Shown piece by piece: positions 21,084 through 30,780 of a DNA stretch of 64,000 nucleotides. The translations under genes and the position numbers were made by a program. Below the pieces are notes generated by a model. The model was not told where the DNA came from, made no database searches, and saw nothing but the letters and a program-made list of their open reading frames with translations. The DNA lies in contig CAVWUU010000001.1 in assembly GCA_963758295.1 (NCBI GenBank), positions 807,863-871,862 of the forward strand, read 5' to 3'. Every line of letters starts with the position of its first letter. The first letter of the stretch is position 1. This stretch comes from Candidatus Eremiobacteria bacterium. GTDB taxonomy: Bacteria; Vulcanimicrobiota; Vulcanimicrobiia; Vulcanimicrobiales; Vulcanimicrobiaceae.

Positions 21084-22463
21084 TTACCTCAAGTCGGCAA
21101 CGGCGCTGCGGGCATCGTAAATCCCGAGCGACACGCGAAGTTTAACGACGGCATTGACATAGGCGACGCGCGCGCTCACGAAATCCGATTGTGCCGTAAC
21201 GGACTGCTGTTGTGTTTGCAGGACGTCCGAAAGCGCGATGAGTCCGTGCTGATATTGTAATTGTGACACGCGTGCGGATTCGGCGCCCAGGCGCGCTTCG
21301 TCTCTTGCGAACGCGAGCTGAGCTTGCGCCGTTTGCGCGGCGCGGTAGCTCTGCCGCACGTCGATCTGCACCTGCGTGGTGGCCTGCTCCAGCGCTACCT
21401 GGGCCGATGCGACGGCGGCCTCATCGCTGACGCGTTCGCTATGCCGTTGACCGTAGTCAACAAACGGCAGCGTGAACGTACTCGTCGCGGAAAGCGTCCA
21501 GAAGCCCGGCGATCCTTGGCGCGGAACCGCCACCGGCTGACCGTCCGGCCCGAGCACGAAGCCTTGACTCGTGGGGGAGAACTGATTACCGAACGCCGCG
21601 CCGATTTGGACCTGCGGAAAGAGTTCGCGATTCCAGCCCTTGCGCGTCGCTTGAGCGGCAGCTAAGGATTGCTGCGCCGCCTTCACGTCGGGACGCGTTT
21701 GCATTGCTACGGTTTCAAGTTTCGCTTCCGTGCCGCCCGGCAGCGCGGGGCTCGCGATCTCTTTCGGAAAATCGAACTGCGTGTCGATCGACGCGCCGAT
21801 CGTTTGTGCCAGCGATTCGATGCCGTTCTGAACGTCGGCTTGCGCACCAACGAGCGTGGAGGCGCTCTTGGCTTGCGCCACTTGCGCCTTGAGCACATCG
21901 ACGCCGGCGGCGACGCCCGCGTGTTCTTTGGCTTTTGCTACGTCGACCAGCGTCTTCTGGTACTGCAGATCCGATTGGTCGAGCGCGACGATGGCTTGCC
22001 GCTGCATTACCGTAAAGTACGATGCGGTGACGGTAGACGCCAGCTGATCTTCGGTGTTCGCAAGCGTTTGGCGCGCCTGTTCGCTTTGCGCTCGCGCCGA
22101 CGCTAGTTGCAGAAACGACAATCCGCCGGTCTGTAAGTTGTAGTTCGTTCCGACCTGCGCGGTGTTCTGACTGAAGACTTGTTGCTGCTGCACGCCAATT
22201 ACCTGATAGGCGCCGCCATAGTTGGAGCTTTTCTGCGAGATGTTCTGCAACTGCCCGTTCACGGTAGGAAAGGCCGTCGCGCGGGCTTTGGCAAGACTGT
22301 TTTCGGCCGTCGCAAGAGTAGCGCGCTGCTGCGCGACATTCGGGTTGTGGCTTAGGGCGTACGAAACCGCATCTACCAGCGTCATGGGTTGAGCCGATGC
22401 CGTGGCAGGCAACAAGAGAGCAGCCGCCGCAAGGGCGGCTGCAGCCGATAACCGGACGATCAT
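21084..22463 (-). CDS. TolC-family outer membrane efflux protein
   Basis: Signal peptide, TLVDAVSYALSHNP, two OEP-like repeats (RPDVKAA, YQHGLIALSDVLQTQ). Confidence 0.9.
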   Translation of the reverse strand: MIVRLSAAAALAAAALLLPATASAQPMTLVDAVSYALSHNPNVAQQRATLATAENSLAKARATAFPTVNGQLQNISQKSSNYGGAYQVIGVQQQQVFSQNTAQVGTNYNLQTGGLSFLQLASARAQSEQARQTLANTEDQLASTVTASYFTVMQRQAIVALDQSDLQYQKTLVDVAKAKEHAGVAAGVDVLKAQVAQAKSASTLVGAQADVQNGIESLAQTIGASIDTQFDFPKEIASPALPGGTEAKLETVAMQTRPDVKAAQQSLAAAQATRKGWNRELFPQVQIGAAFGNQFSPTSQGFVLGPDGQPVAVPRQGSPGFWTLSATSTFTLPFVDYGQRHSERVSDEAAVASAQVALEQATTQVQIDVRQSYRAAQTAQAQLAFARDEARLGAESARVSQLQYQHGLIALSDVLQTQQQSVTAQSDFVSARVAYVNAVVKLRVSLGIYDARSAVADLR

Positions 22464-22473
22464 AGTAGTCTCG

Positions 22474-23199
22474 CTACTTGGCTCCCATGACTGCGAACAG
22501 CGCCGGGATCACGAACATAATTATGCCGGCAAGCCATGCCTGAACTTTGCCGACGCGTCCGATGACCAGCATTGCCGTAATCGCGAGGGCTGTTGCCCAG
22601 ATCGTAAACGGCGTGACCGAGGCAAGCAACGCGGTCACTTTCGTGCTCGCATTCGGAACCACCATTGCCAGAGACGGAATCGCTTGTTGCACCGACTGCG
22701 GGCTGTTGAACGACTCGGCGCCGCGCAGGCTGACGACGATCGCGTTAACGACCGCCGAGATGCCGCCGCCAATCACGGCAATGTTGCACGATGCCGCCCA
22801 GTACTTCGCAAACGAGCCCTGCCCGCGTCCGAGTGCGTTGAAAATCAGCATGACAACCGCTTCGATCAAGCAGATGATCGGCACGCCGAAAATCACGATG
22901 ACCCACGTGTAAGCGATGAATTTCTGGCTAATCGCCAGCGCCGCTTGTTGCCGTTCCGGCGAAGCCGCCGCAAGTTGCGGGTTGCTAGCGACCTGATGCG
23001 GCCAATCTGCGGCGATGGCGTGCTGGATGGCCGGCGTGATGAGATACGAGCCGATCGCCGTTAGGATGATTGCTACGAGTAACGCCCATCCCCACGTCGG
23101 GACAATGCGGATCGATTCGAACGCCTCCTTGGGGGCAACGATCGTATCGAAGAGCGTCTTTAAACCATTAGCCCGGGGCGCCGTAGACTCAACGGCCAT
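22474..23199 (-). CDS. Yip1-domain membrane protein (YknW-like)
   Basis: TIVAPKEAFESI...W, about five TM helices and PFTIW; upstream of the adaptor/permease/ATPase genes. Confidence 0.75.
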   Translation of the reverse strand: MAVESTAPRANGLKTLFDTIVAPKEAFESIRIVPTWGWALLVAIILTAIGSYLITPAIQHAIAADWPHQVASNPQLAAASPERQQAALAISQKFIAYTWVIVIFGVPIICLIEAVVMLIFNALGRGQGSFAKYWAASCNIAVIGGGISAVVNAIVVSLRGAESFNSPQSVQQAIPSLAMVVPNASTKVTALLASVTPFTIWATALAITAMLVIGRVGKVQAWLAGIIMFVIPALFAVMGAK

Positions 23200-23232
23200 G
23201 TTCCACACCTTTCTCAAAAGCGAGAAGCAGCG

Positions 23233-23553
23233 CTACCAAAAGCTGATAGCGTGCAAGCACACGGATTGTTTCAGCTTCGTTGCTTCGCTGCCCCCTTTTC
23301 TCTGCGACGTCCGGCGAAGGAGTTCGTCGACGGAAATATGGCGCCGAACTGCTTCCTCGGCGAGCGTCAACCGTTGCTCGCGTAGTTCCAAAAGCCTAAG
23401 TTGCAGGAGTGTCCTTATACGGTGCAAGGCGCGCGCCGAATACAAGTGCTCGATAGCGGTGCAAGACGGATGGGGCGAAACGGCGGCCGCCTGCAGAGAG
23501 GCGGCGAGGACGAGCGAGGTCACTTCGACCCCGGTGCGGTATCCGAAGAGCAT
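23233..23553 (-). CDS. Hypothetical protein
   Basis: Strong GGAGGA RBS before ATG 23553, 106 codons, fills the gap upstream of the Yip1 gene. Confidence 0.5.
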   Translation of the reverse strand: MLFGYRTGVEVTSLVLAASLQAAAVSPHPSCTAIEHLYSARALHRIRTLLQLRLLELREQRLTLAEEAVRRHISVDELLRRTSQRKGGSEATKLKQSVCLHAISFW

Positions 23554-23612
23554 AGTTTCCTCCGGGCGGCCTTCACGCGCTCCCCGCACTTTATAAAGTA
23601 GTCAAAACTTCG

Positions 23613-25307
23613 TTGAACACCGATACCTTGATCGTTCCGGCGCCGCCCTCCGAGGCTTACTGTCGCGTCATCCCCTTAGGCGGGTGCGGCGAAATCGGCC
23701 GCAACATGACCATCGTCGAGACGAACGACGATCTGGTGGTCGTCGACTGCGGACTGATGTTTCCCGACGACGAAATGTTCGGCGTTGACATTGTCATCAA
23801 CGATTTCACCTACATTCGCGAGCGCGCGCACAAGCTGCGCGCCGTCCTGGTGACGCACGGCCACGAAGACCACATCGGCGGCATTCCGTACTTCTTGCGC
23901 GAATTTCCGCAGACGCCGGTCGTAGGTACGCCGCTCTCGATCGCGCTTATAAAAGCGAAGTCGCGCGAGCATAAGTTCAGCGACATCAATTTCGTAACGG
24001 TGCAGCCGGGCGACCGCGTTGCTTACGGCAGCATCGATGCCGAGTTCGTCCACATCAATCACTCGGTGGCCGGAGCGTGCTCGCTCGCCATTCGGACGCC
24101 GGTCGGCATCATTTTTCACACCGGCGACTTCAAGTTCGACCAGACGCCGGTCGACGGAAAGCCGGCGGATTTTGCCCGCATAGCGCGCATCGGCGACGAA
24201 GGCGTGTTGTGCATGCTTTCGGACTCGACCAATGCGGAACGTCCGGGCCATACGCTCTCGGAACGCATCGTCGGCGAAGCCTTTACGGCGATCTTCCAGC
24301 GCGCGAAGGGTCGCATTGTGGTAGCGTCGTTCGCATCCAACGTCCCGCGCATCGCGCAAGTCGTGGAACATGCCGTGCGGTTCGGCCGCAAGATCGCGTT
24401 CCTCGGACGGTCGATGCAAAATGTCGTGCATTTTTCGACGGAGCTAGGCCATCTGAAGTTCCCGCCCGACACCGTCATTCGGATCGAAGATGTGGAGAGC
24501 TATCCGCCCGAGCAAGTCGTGGTCGTAACGACGGGCTCGCAGGGTGAACCGATGAGCGGGCTGGCGCGCATGTCGGTTCGCGATCACCGTAAATTCAAGA
24601 TCGTTCCCGGCGATACCGTGGTGATTAGCGCCACGCCGATTCCGGGCAACGAGAAGAGCGTCTACAAGACAATCAATAATTTGTGCAAGCTCGGCGCGAC
24701 CGTGATTCATGGAACCGACGGCCGTTCGCACGTCTCGGGTCATGCCTCGCAAGAAGAGCTGTTGTTAATGCTCAATCTGGTCCGGCCGGAATTCTTCATG
24801 CCGCTTCACGGCGAGTACCGTATGCTCGTGCAGCACGGGCGCCTCGCGGTGCAAACGGGCGTGCATGCGGAGAACGTCTTCATCGTCGAGGATGGTGACG
24901 TGCTTGAATTTACGGCTGAATACGGCGACAAGATCGGCAAGACGTATGCCGGCAACGTGCTAGTGGACGGCAGCGGCGTCGGAGACATCGGCGAAGCGGT
25001 GCTTCGCGATCGCAAGGCGCTTTCGAATGACGGCATCATCGTCGTCGTCATGGCGATCGATGCTGAAGAAGCGCGGGTCATCGGCGAACCGGATTTGGTG
25101 ACGAAGGGTGTGTTTTACGTGCCTGAATCGGAAAATCTGATCGACTCGCTGCGCGCCGAGCTGCGCAACGCGGTGGCCGAGATTTCGGTCGAAGGCTTGC
25201 GCGACGTGAATACGGTTAAAGAGCACGTGCGCAGCCATCTTTCACGCGCGGTGCACGCTCGCACGAAGCGCCGCCCAGTCGTGATCCCGATTGTCATGGA
25301 AGTCTAA
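23613..25307 (+). CDS. rnj: Ribonuclease J
   Basis: PLGGCGEIGRNM, THGHEDHIGG, HTGDFKFD, DSTNAERPG, TTGSQGEP, HVSGHA and PLHGEYRML. Confidence 0.97.
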   Translation: MNTDTLIVPAPPSEAYCRVIPLGGCGEIGRNMTIVETNDDLVVVDCGLMFPDDEMFGVDIVINDFTYIRERAHKLRAVLVTHGHEDHIGGIPYFLREFPQTPVVGTPLSIALIKAKSREHKFSDINFVTVQPGDRVAYGSIDAEFVHINHSVAGACSLAIRTPVGIIFHTGDFKFDQTPVDGKPADFARIARIGDEGVLCMLSDSTNAERPGHTLSERIVGEAFTAIFQRAKGRIVVASFASNVPRIAQVVEHAVRFGRKIAFLGRSMQNVVHFSTELGHLKFPPDTVIRIEDVESYPPEQVVVVTTGSQGEPMSGLARMSVRDHRKFKIVPGDTVVISATPIPGNEKSVYKTINNLCKLGATVIHGTDGRSHVSGHASQEELLLMLNLVRPEFFMPLHGEYRMLVQHGRLAVQTGVHAENVFIVEDGDVLEFTAEYGDKIGKTYAGNVLVDGSGVGDIGEAVLRDRKALSNDGIIVVVMAIDAEEARVIGEPDLVTKGVFYVPESENLIDSLRAELRNAVAEISVEGLRDVNTVKEHVRSHLSRAVHARTKRRPVVIPIVMEV

Positions 25308-26092
25308 CCGCAACCCTTTACGGGCGCGGGCGTTGGAGCCGGTGCCGGAACCGGCCGCGGTGCGGACGCTGCAGCAGGAAACCCGCCGATACCGGAGCCG
25401 TGGCCGTGCTCGCTCAACGCAATTCCAATTAGCCCAAGCGCGAGCCACGGCAAAATTGCGAAATGGTGACGGGGCGCTACCGTGTTAGAGGAAATCGAAA
25501 CAGACGCTAGCGATACGCGCGGAGCGGGAGCAGCGGGAGCGGCCGAAGTGCTTTGCAGCGCAAATGCGGGCGCGGGCGGCGCGTATGCCGCCAGATCGTC
25601 AGGCTTTGCGGCCGAATGCGGGGCGACGTAGGTGTAGCGCAGCGCAACTATGCGGCGCGGTGAACGAATATAGGAAATGTTGCCGCATTTATTCGGCACA
25701 AAAACTTGGACTACCGCATCCGGCTCTTCTACGTCCACTTCCCACGCGTACACCTTCGCGGGCACAACAGCGTCGTGAACGGCGAAGGCATGACCCGCAT
25801 AGGCGCCGGCCATGCCGTCGAGATGGTGCGGCATGATGACGTAACGCACGTTTCCCCTTGCGATTGCGCTACGAACTTTCACCATGTCGGCCGAAGTTAG
25901 GCCGAGGCGATCCCCGGCACGAGAAATAAGTGCCTGATTCGCTCGAAAATCGGCCTGAAGTTGCGTTGTTGAAGCGATCGGGCCTAGAAGCGCGCCTTCG
26001 CTAAGGTCCGCGATTACGTGCGGCTGCGCGACTGCTGGAGCCGGGACGGCGATACCGAGCAGAAGGGCCGAAAGTGCGGTAAAAAGTCTCAC
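25304..26092 (-). CDS. Secreted or membrane-anchored hypothetical protein
   Basis: Likely GTG start at 26092 with a signal peptide (RLFTALSALLLGIAVPAPAVA), VFVPNKCGNIS motif, C-terminal TM and Pro-rich tail. Confidence 0.6.
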   Translation of the reverse strand: MRLFTALSALLLGIAVPAPAVAQPHVIADLSEGALLGPIASTTQLQADFRANQALISRAGDRLGLTSADMVKVRSAIARGNVRYVIMPHHLDGMAGAYAGHAFAVHDAVVPAKVYAWEVDVEEPDAVVQVFVPNKCGNISYIRSPRRIVALRYTYVAPHSAAKPDDLAAYAPPAPAFALQSTSAAPAAPAPRVSLASVSISSNTVAPRHHFAILPWLALGLIGIALSEHGHGSGIGGFPAAASAPRPVPAPAPTPAPVKGCG

Positions 26093-26196
26093 ACTCGCCT
26101 TTTGCCCTGTAGAGCCTGCGCCCGGTCGGCCGCCCCTTGGGAAATCAGGGTACCGTTGCCAGGACATTTGGAACCGCAAGCGTTAGGACGACCCAA

Positions 26197-27039
26197 ATGA
26201 CCGGCGTGATCTTGAGCCTGCTCGCGGCGACCTTTTATGGCGCCGCCGATTTCTGTGGCGGTCTTGCCACGAAACGCTCCACGATGTTCGCCGTTACCGT
26301 GCTTTCACAAGCCGTAGGGCTCGTGTTGGTATTGCTGTGGCTGATGTTCTTTCCGACTCATGCGAGCGCAGCCGATTATGGCTGGGGAGCGCTCGCAGGC
26401 TTGTGCGGCGGCATCGGCATCGCGTTGCTTTATCACGCCCTTTCCATCGGCAAGATGGGCGTTGTTTCGCCGGTTACCGCGGTCCTTGCCGCAGCATTAC
26501 CCTTGGCCGTAAGTCTTGCGCGCGGCGAACGTCTGTTGCCGCTGCAGATCTTAGGCGTCGCGATAGCGCTTGTCGCGATCGTGCTGATTTCCGTTTCGCT
26601 CGAAGACGGCGGCATTCGTGAAATATCGACGGCCGGCGTGAAAGAAGCTATTGCTTCCGGGCTGGTGATCGGCGGATTTTACCTCTTCGTGTCCTATGCA
26701 AGCCGCGCCGCGGGTCTCAGCAGTTTAGTCGCCGCTCGCGCCGTATCGGTGACGCTTCTTATCGCGATCGCGCTCGCCGTGCGCTCCAGCTTAAAGCCGG
26801 TGCGCGGGACGAAGCGATTGATCTTTGTGACCGGAGCGATCGACATGACGGCTAATGCGCTCTACGTGCTTGCCACATTCAACGGATTTTTGTCGGTAGC
26901 GGTAGTGCTCACGTCCCTTTATCCTGCGAGTACCGTGTTTTTAGCGCGTTACGTCTTGAACGAGCGGCTTGGCGTGTCTCAGAAGTTCGGCGTGGCCTTA
27001 GCACTCGCCGGCGTTGCACTCATCGCGTACCGCCCGTAA
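26197..27039 (+). CDS. EamA/DMT family transporter
   Basis: About 10 TM helices; YGAADFCGG, GKMGVVSPV and LTSLYPASTVFLA...LNERL. Confidence 0.88.
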   Translation: MTGVILSLLAATFYGAADFCGGLATKRSTMFAVTVLSQAVGLVLVLLWLMFFPTHASAADYGWGALAGLCGGIGIALLYHALSIGKMGVVSPVTAVLAAALPLAVSLARGERLLPLQILGVAIALVAIVLISVSLEDGGIREISTAGVKEAIASGLVIGGFYLFVSYASRAAGLSSLVAARAVSVTLLIAIALAVRSSLKPVRGTKRLIFVTGAIDMTANALYVLATFNGFLSVAVVLTSLYPASTVFLARYVLNERLGVSQKFGVALALAGVALIAYRP

Positions 27040-28163
27040 GCTTCCAGCGTGGCTTCCGCCGCTCGCTTCCATGTGTATTCCGTTCTGATTCGTTTGCGCA
27101 GTTTCGACCTGAGATCACCGTCGGCTTCGTAATTATGCCATGCCCGGCGAATCGCGCGCTCGATCGAGAATGCGTCGCAAGGATCGCAATAGTAGGCGCC
27201 GTCTTGAAAATATTCGCTCTCGAAAGCGAGGTTGCCGACGACGATATTGCAGTCCGCAAGCGCCGCTTCAAGCGATGAAAGTCCCGGCGATTCAAAGACG
27301 CTCGGCAGAATATGCAGCTGGGCGGCGGCGTACAGATGGCGTAGCTTGTCATGGGGCATGAACGGGAAGTAGTATACCGGCGCACGATGCGTCTTCGAGA
27401 GGGCCATCGTGCGCTGAAAAATCTCCGCATCGGTACGTTCGCCCACAAACGCAATGGGAATATCCAACTCCTTGATGGCGAGCATCGCAAAGTCTTGTTG
27501 CTTGCGGGTATCGAAGCGCGCACTCATAAGCGCAAACGGGGCGCCTTTGATCTCGTCAGGGATTTGTTCCGCATCGGCGCTCGCAAAAACGCTCGCATCC
27601 ACCGCATTCGGCACGATGGCATGCTGTGCAAAATCTCCCAGGTACGTGAAGATCGCCTGAAGTTCCATCCAGGAATTCGGCAGAATCAAATCGATTCGAC
27701 GAAGCGTAGCGCGACAATCGTAGGTGAACGGATGCGGCGCAAAAGCGGTTAACTGCTGATCGTGCAGTGTAAAGTCGAGCACGCGGCTCGCAATTTGTTC
27801 GAGTTCGGCGCGCGCGCTTTGTAGGGAAATGCGGTTGCCGTCGGGATGAATCGTGAAGAGCCAGCGCCGCGCGGCATCCATCCAACGAACCAGATGATGC
27901 GGTGCCCAGATGGTGGAGTGCGCCACGATCGTATTGCCGCGGACTGGTTGGAGCACGTCCAATTGCGCTGAGATCGCGCGTGGAAAATGCAAGCTCGTCC
28001 ACAAATGCACCACGTCGTACTGTTGCTCCAGTGCACGCGCCGCCGAACCTATCTCCACGTCGACGTCGAGATGGCGAAGTTCGCGTGCAGTCGCTTGCAT
28101 TTGAACGACGTCGCCGCCGAAAATCGTGCCGGCGTCGTCACGTGGGACGAATAGGACGCGCAT
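26979..28163 (-). CDS. Glycosyltransferase family 4 (GT-B)
   Basis: GGDVVQM, IVPNAVD, ARFDTRKQQ and LPSVFESPGLSSLEA (EX7E). Confidence 0.88.
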   Translation of the reverse strand: MRVLFVPRDDAGTIFGGDVVQMQATARELRHLDVDVEIGSAARALEQQYDVVHLWTSLHFPRAISAQLDVLQPVRGNTIVAHSTIWAPHHLVRWMDAARRWLFTIHPDGNRISLQSARAELEQIASRVLDFTLHDQQLTAFAPHPFTYDCRATLRRIDLILPNSWMELQAIFTYLGDFAQHAIVPNAVDASVFASADAEQIPDEIKGAPFALMSARFDTRKQQDFAMLAIKELDIPIAFVGERTDAEIFQRTMALSKTHRAPVYYFPFMPHDKLRHLYAAAQLHILPSVFESPGLSSLEAALADCNIVVGNLAFESEYFQDGAYYCDPCDAFSIERAIRRAWHNYEADGDLRSKLRKRIRTEYTWKRAAEATLEAYGRYAMSATPASAKATPNF

Positions 28164-28558
28164 CGGTGCTAGGTACCGTGCTTGGCTGATCGATTCATCT
28201 TAATCACTATGGCGAGCCCCGCTGCATCACGACTTTGAAACCCGCTGCGTCGATGGTCCATGCTCAGCGGGGAAGCCAGGTAGCGCAAAGCAGCGTTGAC
28301 GCAGTGATCTTAGCATCCGACCGTGTGCAAGCCGCCGAAGCGCACGCCGCGCGCAAAGTCGCGAAGCCGGTTTTCGACCCTTCGCCGTTGTTATCGTCTA
28401 CCGTGGTAGCAACTGGGGATACTACTCAATGTGCGAGTTTTCCCGATGAACGGCGACGTGCGCGTGACGCTCAACGACAGCGCAGGCGCGACGGTCGCCC
28501 AAGGCCACGTTTCCGACGGTGCGGTAGCGATTACGTCACCCACTGTGACACCTCGATA

Positions 28559-28828
28559 ATGGCGCTTCCGCTGCCTGGACGCAAGCTGCCCGCGGTTGTC
28601 GCGTGCGACGCGATCGTATTCTTCGTAATTGTTCCGGCTCAAGCGCTCGCATTTCGCCTGCTGCACGCATTTCCACAGAGCCTTTTCGCGCTCTTTAGCA
28701 TCTTACTTGTGGAAGCGGCTTGCTTGACCTTCATCGTTTTCGCGCTCTTGATTCAGGCCGCGCTGGTTCGCGACGGAGTAACTTTTACGTTGTCGCGGCT
28801 ACGTGCGTTGCTCCATAAGCATCGATAA
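28559..28828 (+). CDS. Small membrane protein (about 2 TM)
   Basis: ATG 28559 overlaps an upstream TAA. Hydrophobic 89-aa product followed by a strong hairpin. Confidence 0.45.
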   Translation: MALPLPGRKLPAVVACDAIVFFVIVPAQALAFRLLHAFPQSLFALFSILLVEAACLTFIVFALLIQAALVRDGVTFTLSRLRALLHKHR

Positions 28829-28855
28829 TCGAAGCCGTATCCAGGAACTCAAAAC

Positions 28856-28891
28856 CAAAGACCACCGGCAACTCCACGCCGGTGGTCTTTG
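28856..28891. terminator. Probable bidirectional terminator
   Basis: 14-bp perfect stem CAAAGACCACCGGC/GCCGGTGGTCTTTG between convergent genes. Confidence 0.7.
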
Positions 28892-28914
28892 ATGCGCTGG
28901 CCTAGGAAGGTAAA

Positions 28915-29808
28915 CTATCCGTTGCGGATCTTAGAGAGCTGCAACGCGTGCGTGAAACGCGCGATTTCTTCGCGCTGGTAGCCGTCGATTTCCAGGAACG
29001 CGACGCCATACACTTCGCGATCGCGGACCGGTTGGAAACGGGTGACGACGCGGCCGCGCAGCAACATCACATCGAAAGGACGGCGCATATCCGGGCGCCC
29101 GACGCGACGCGGCGTTCCGCTGGACATGTCGATCGCGAGCGTTTCTTCCGGATACACCTCAAGGATGCTCGAGGGAAGCGTTACGCGCAATTCAAGCATC
29201 GTGCCGATCGGAATTGTCTCTACGCAATTCATGCGGATGCCGGTAGCGGAAAGGTCGCCGACGCGGCCTTCGTCGAAGCGCGGCGCGCCATCACGACGGT
29301 ACTCGATCGAGAAAGACGTCAGCGCACGGTAGCTGCCTCGGCGATTACGATCGGTTGTCGGCAGCGCGTTGATCGAGGCTTGCATCGAACGCGATGCGGC
29401 CGCCTTGACCTCGAGCTCACGAATCTGTTTCGCGAGTAAATCGACTTGCGCTTCAGGCATTTTGTCGAAGCTCAGTTCGTATTCGAAGCGCGCACCTGTC
29501 GGGGCGTTACGGCGATGATGTACGCGGCCGCAAACGGTGATCGGCGTGCCGCCGGCGATGCCGAGATCGAATTCACATTCGTTGCCGCGATCGAGCAAAA
29601 CTAACGAGCGGATCTTGCAACCCGAGCCAGTGATTTCCATGAGCGTTGCGTACACCGGCGCCGGCAAGCGGCGCACGCTCATCACGATCGGCATTTCGAG
29701 CGAGTGCGCGTGGGAGCGTCCGGAAACGGGTGCGATCCGCGGCGGTGCGGCGGGTGCCGTAGCGGTCGCAGTCGCTGTGCCGCTGGTTTGCTTAGGGATC
29801 CAACTCAT
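28915..29808 (-). CDS. Tandem PilZ-domain protein
   Basis: C-terminal PilZ has RRGSYR and DLSATG. N-terminal PilZ is degenerate (RSHAH, EITGSG). Confidence 0.8.
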   Translation of the reverse strand: MSWIPKQTSGTATATATAPAAPPRIAPVSGRSHAHSLEMPIVMSVRRLPAPVYATLMEITGSGCKIRSLVLLDRGNECEFDLGIAGGTPITVCGRVHHRRNAPTGARFEYELSFDKMPEAQVDLLAKQIRELEVKAAASRSMQASINALPTTDRNRRGSYRALTSFSIEYRRDGAPRFDEGRVGDLSATGIRMNCVETIPIGTMLELRVTLPSSILEVYPEETLAIDMSSGTPRRVGRPDMRRPFDVMLLRGRVVTRFQPVRDREVYGVAFLEIDGYQREEIARFTHALQLSKIRNG

Positions 29809-29834
29809 TGCGGTACTTCCTTATGTCCTTATCC

Positions 29835-30702
29835 TTAGCGCAGTTTCGAGAGTTGAACGGCATGGGTGAACCGCGCGATTTCCTCGCGCTGGTATCCGTC
29901 GATATCCGTAAAGTGAACGCCGTAGATTTCGCGTCCCCGCGCCGCTTTAAAGCGCGAGACCACCCGGCCGTGCAGCGACATCTCTGCGAAGGGCCGGCGA
30001 TTGTCCGGCACGCGAACCGTCCGTTCGCCGAACGGCGAAATTTCGGTTCGTTCGCCGGCAGCCGGATACACGTGCAGATGCTCTGACGGCAGCGTGAAGC
30101 GCAGTTCGAGGGTCGATCCCAATTGCTGAGTGTCGGTCGCGAGCAAACGCAGGCCGCCCGTGCTCACGTCGCTTGCCGACGCGGTGACGGGGAGTTTGTT
30201 AAACGCGCGAACGCGGATTGGGAATGCCACCAGGGTACGAACGCTGGTGCGGCGCTGCTTGGAACACCGCGGCCTTCGCGCTGCTCGCGGTGTTGTCACG
30301 CTTCTGCGAGCGCTCGGAAGCTTCGCGGCGCTGGATCTCGTTGATCTCCACGGCCAGCTTCGAGCGATCGCTCGCGGGCATCGCGGAAAAGTTCACGCCG
30401 TATTCGAAACCGCCGCCGCGAGGCGGCGTCGCTCGCGCAATGATGCGGCCGCGCAGATTCAAGCCCGGATAGTTCGGGCGCTTCAATTCAAATTCGACCG
30501 TCCGCTCGCGCTCCAGGAGGATGAGCGAGCGGAGGCGGCAGCCGGTCTCCGAGATATTGATCAGGGTGCCATAGACGGGCGCAGGCAAACCGCTCACGCC
30601 TATAGCGATGGGCAGTTCGACGGACTGACGATACGTTTGCCGCTGATTGTCGAGCTCGCCTTGGTAGGCGGAGCGGCGAGAGAGCCATAGCATCCTTAAC
30701 AT
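29835..30702 (-). pseudogene. Tandem PilZ-domain protein, paralog, with one frameshift near 30263 (possible sequence error)
   Basis: The N-part has RQTYR/NISETG and the C-part in another frame has RRTSVR/DVSTGG. Removing one base near 30263 gives a protein colinear with the neighbour. Confidence 0.75.
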
Positions 30703-30780
30703 GCATTCGGCCGACTCTCAACCGCCCCTTAACCTAGCGAGCCCTTTCTCTGGGCCGTAAGTCCCGAGTTTAAGGAATCT

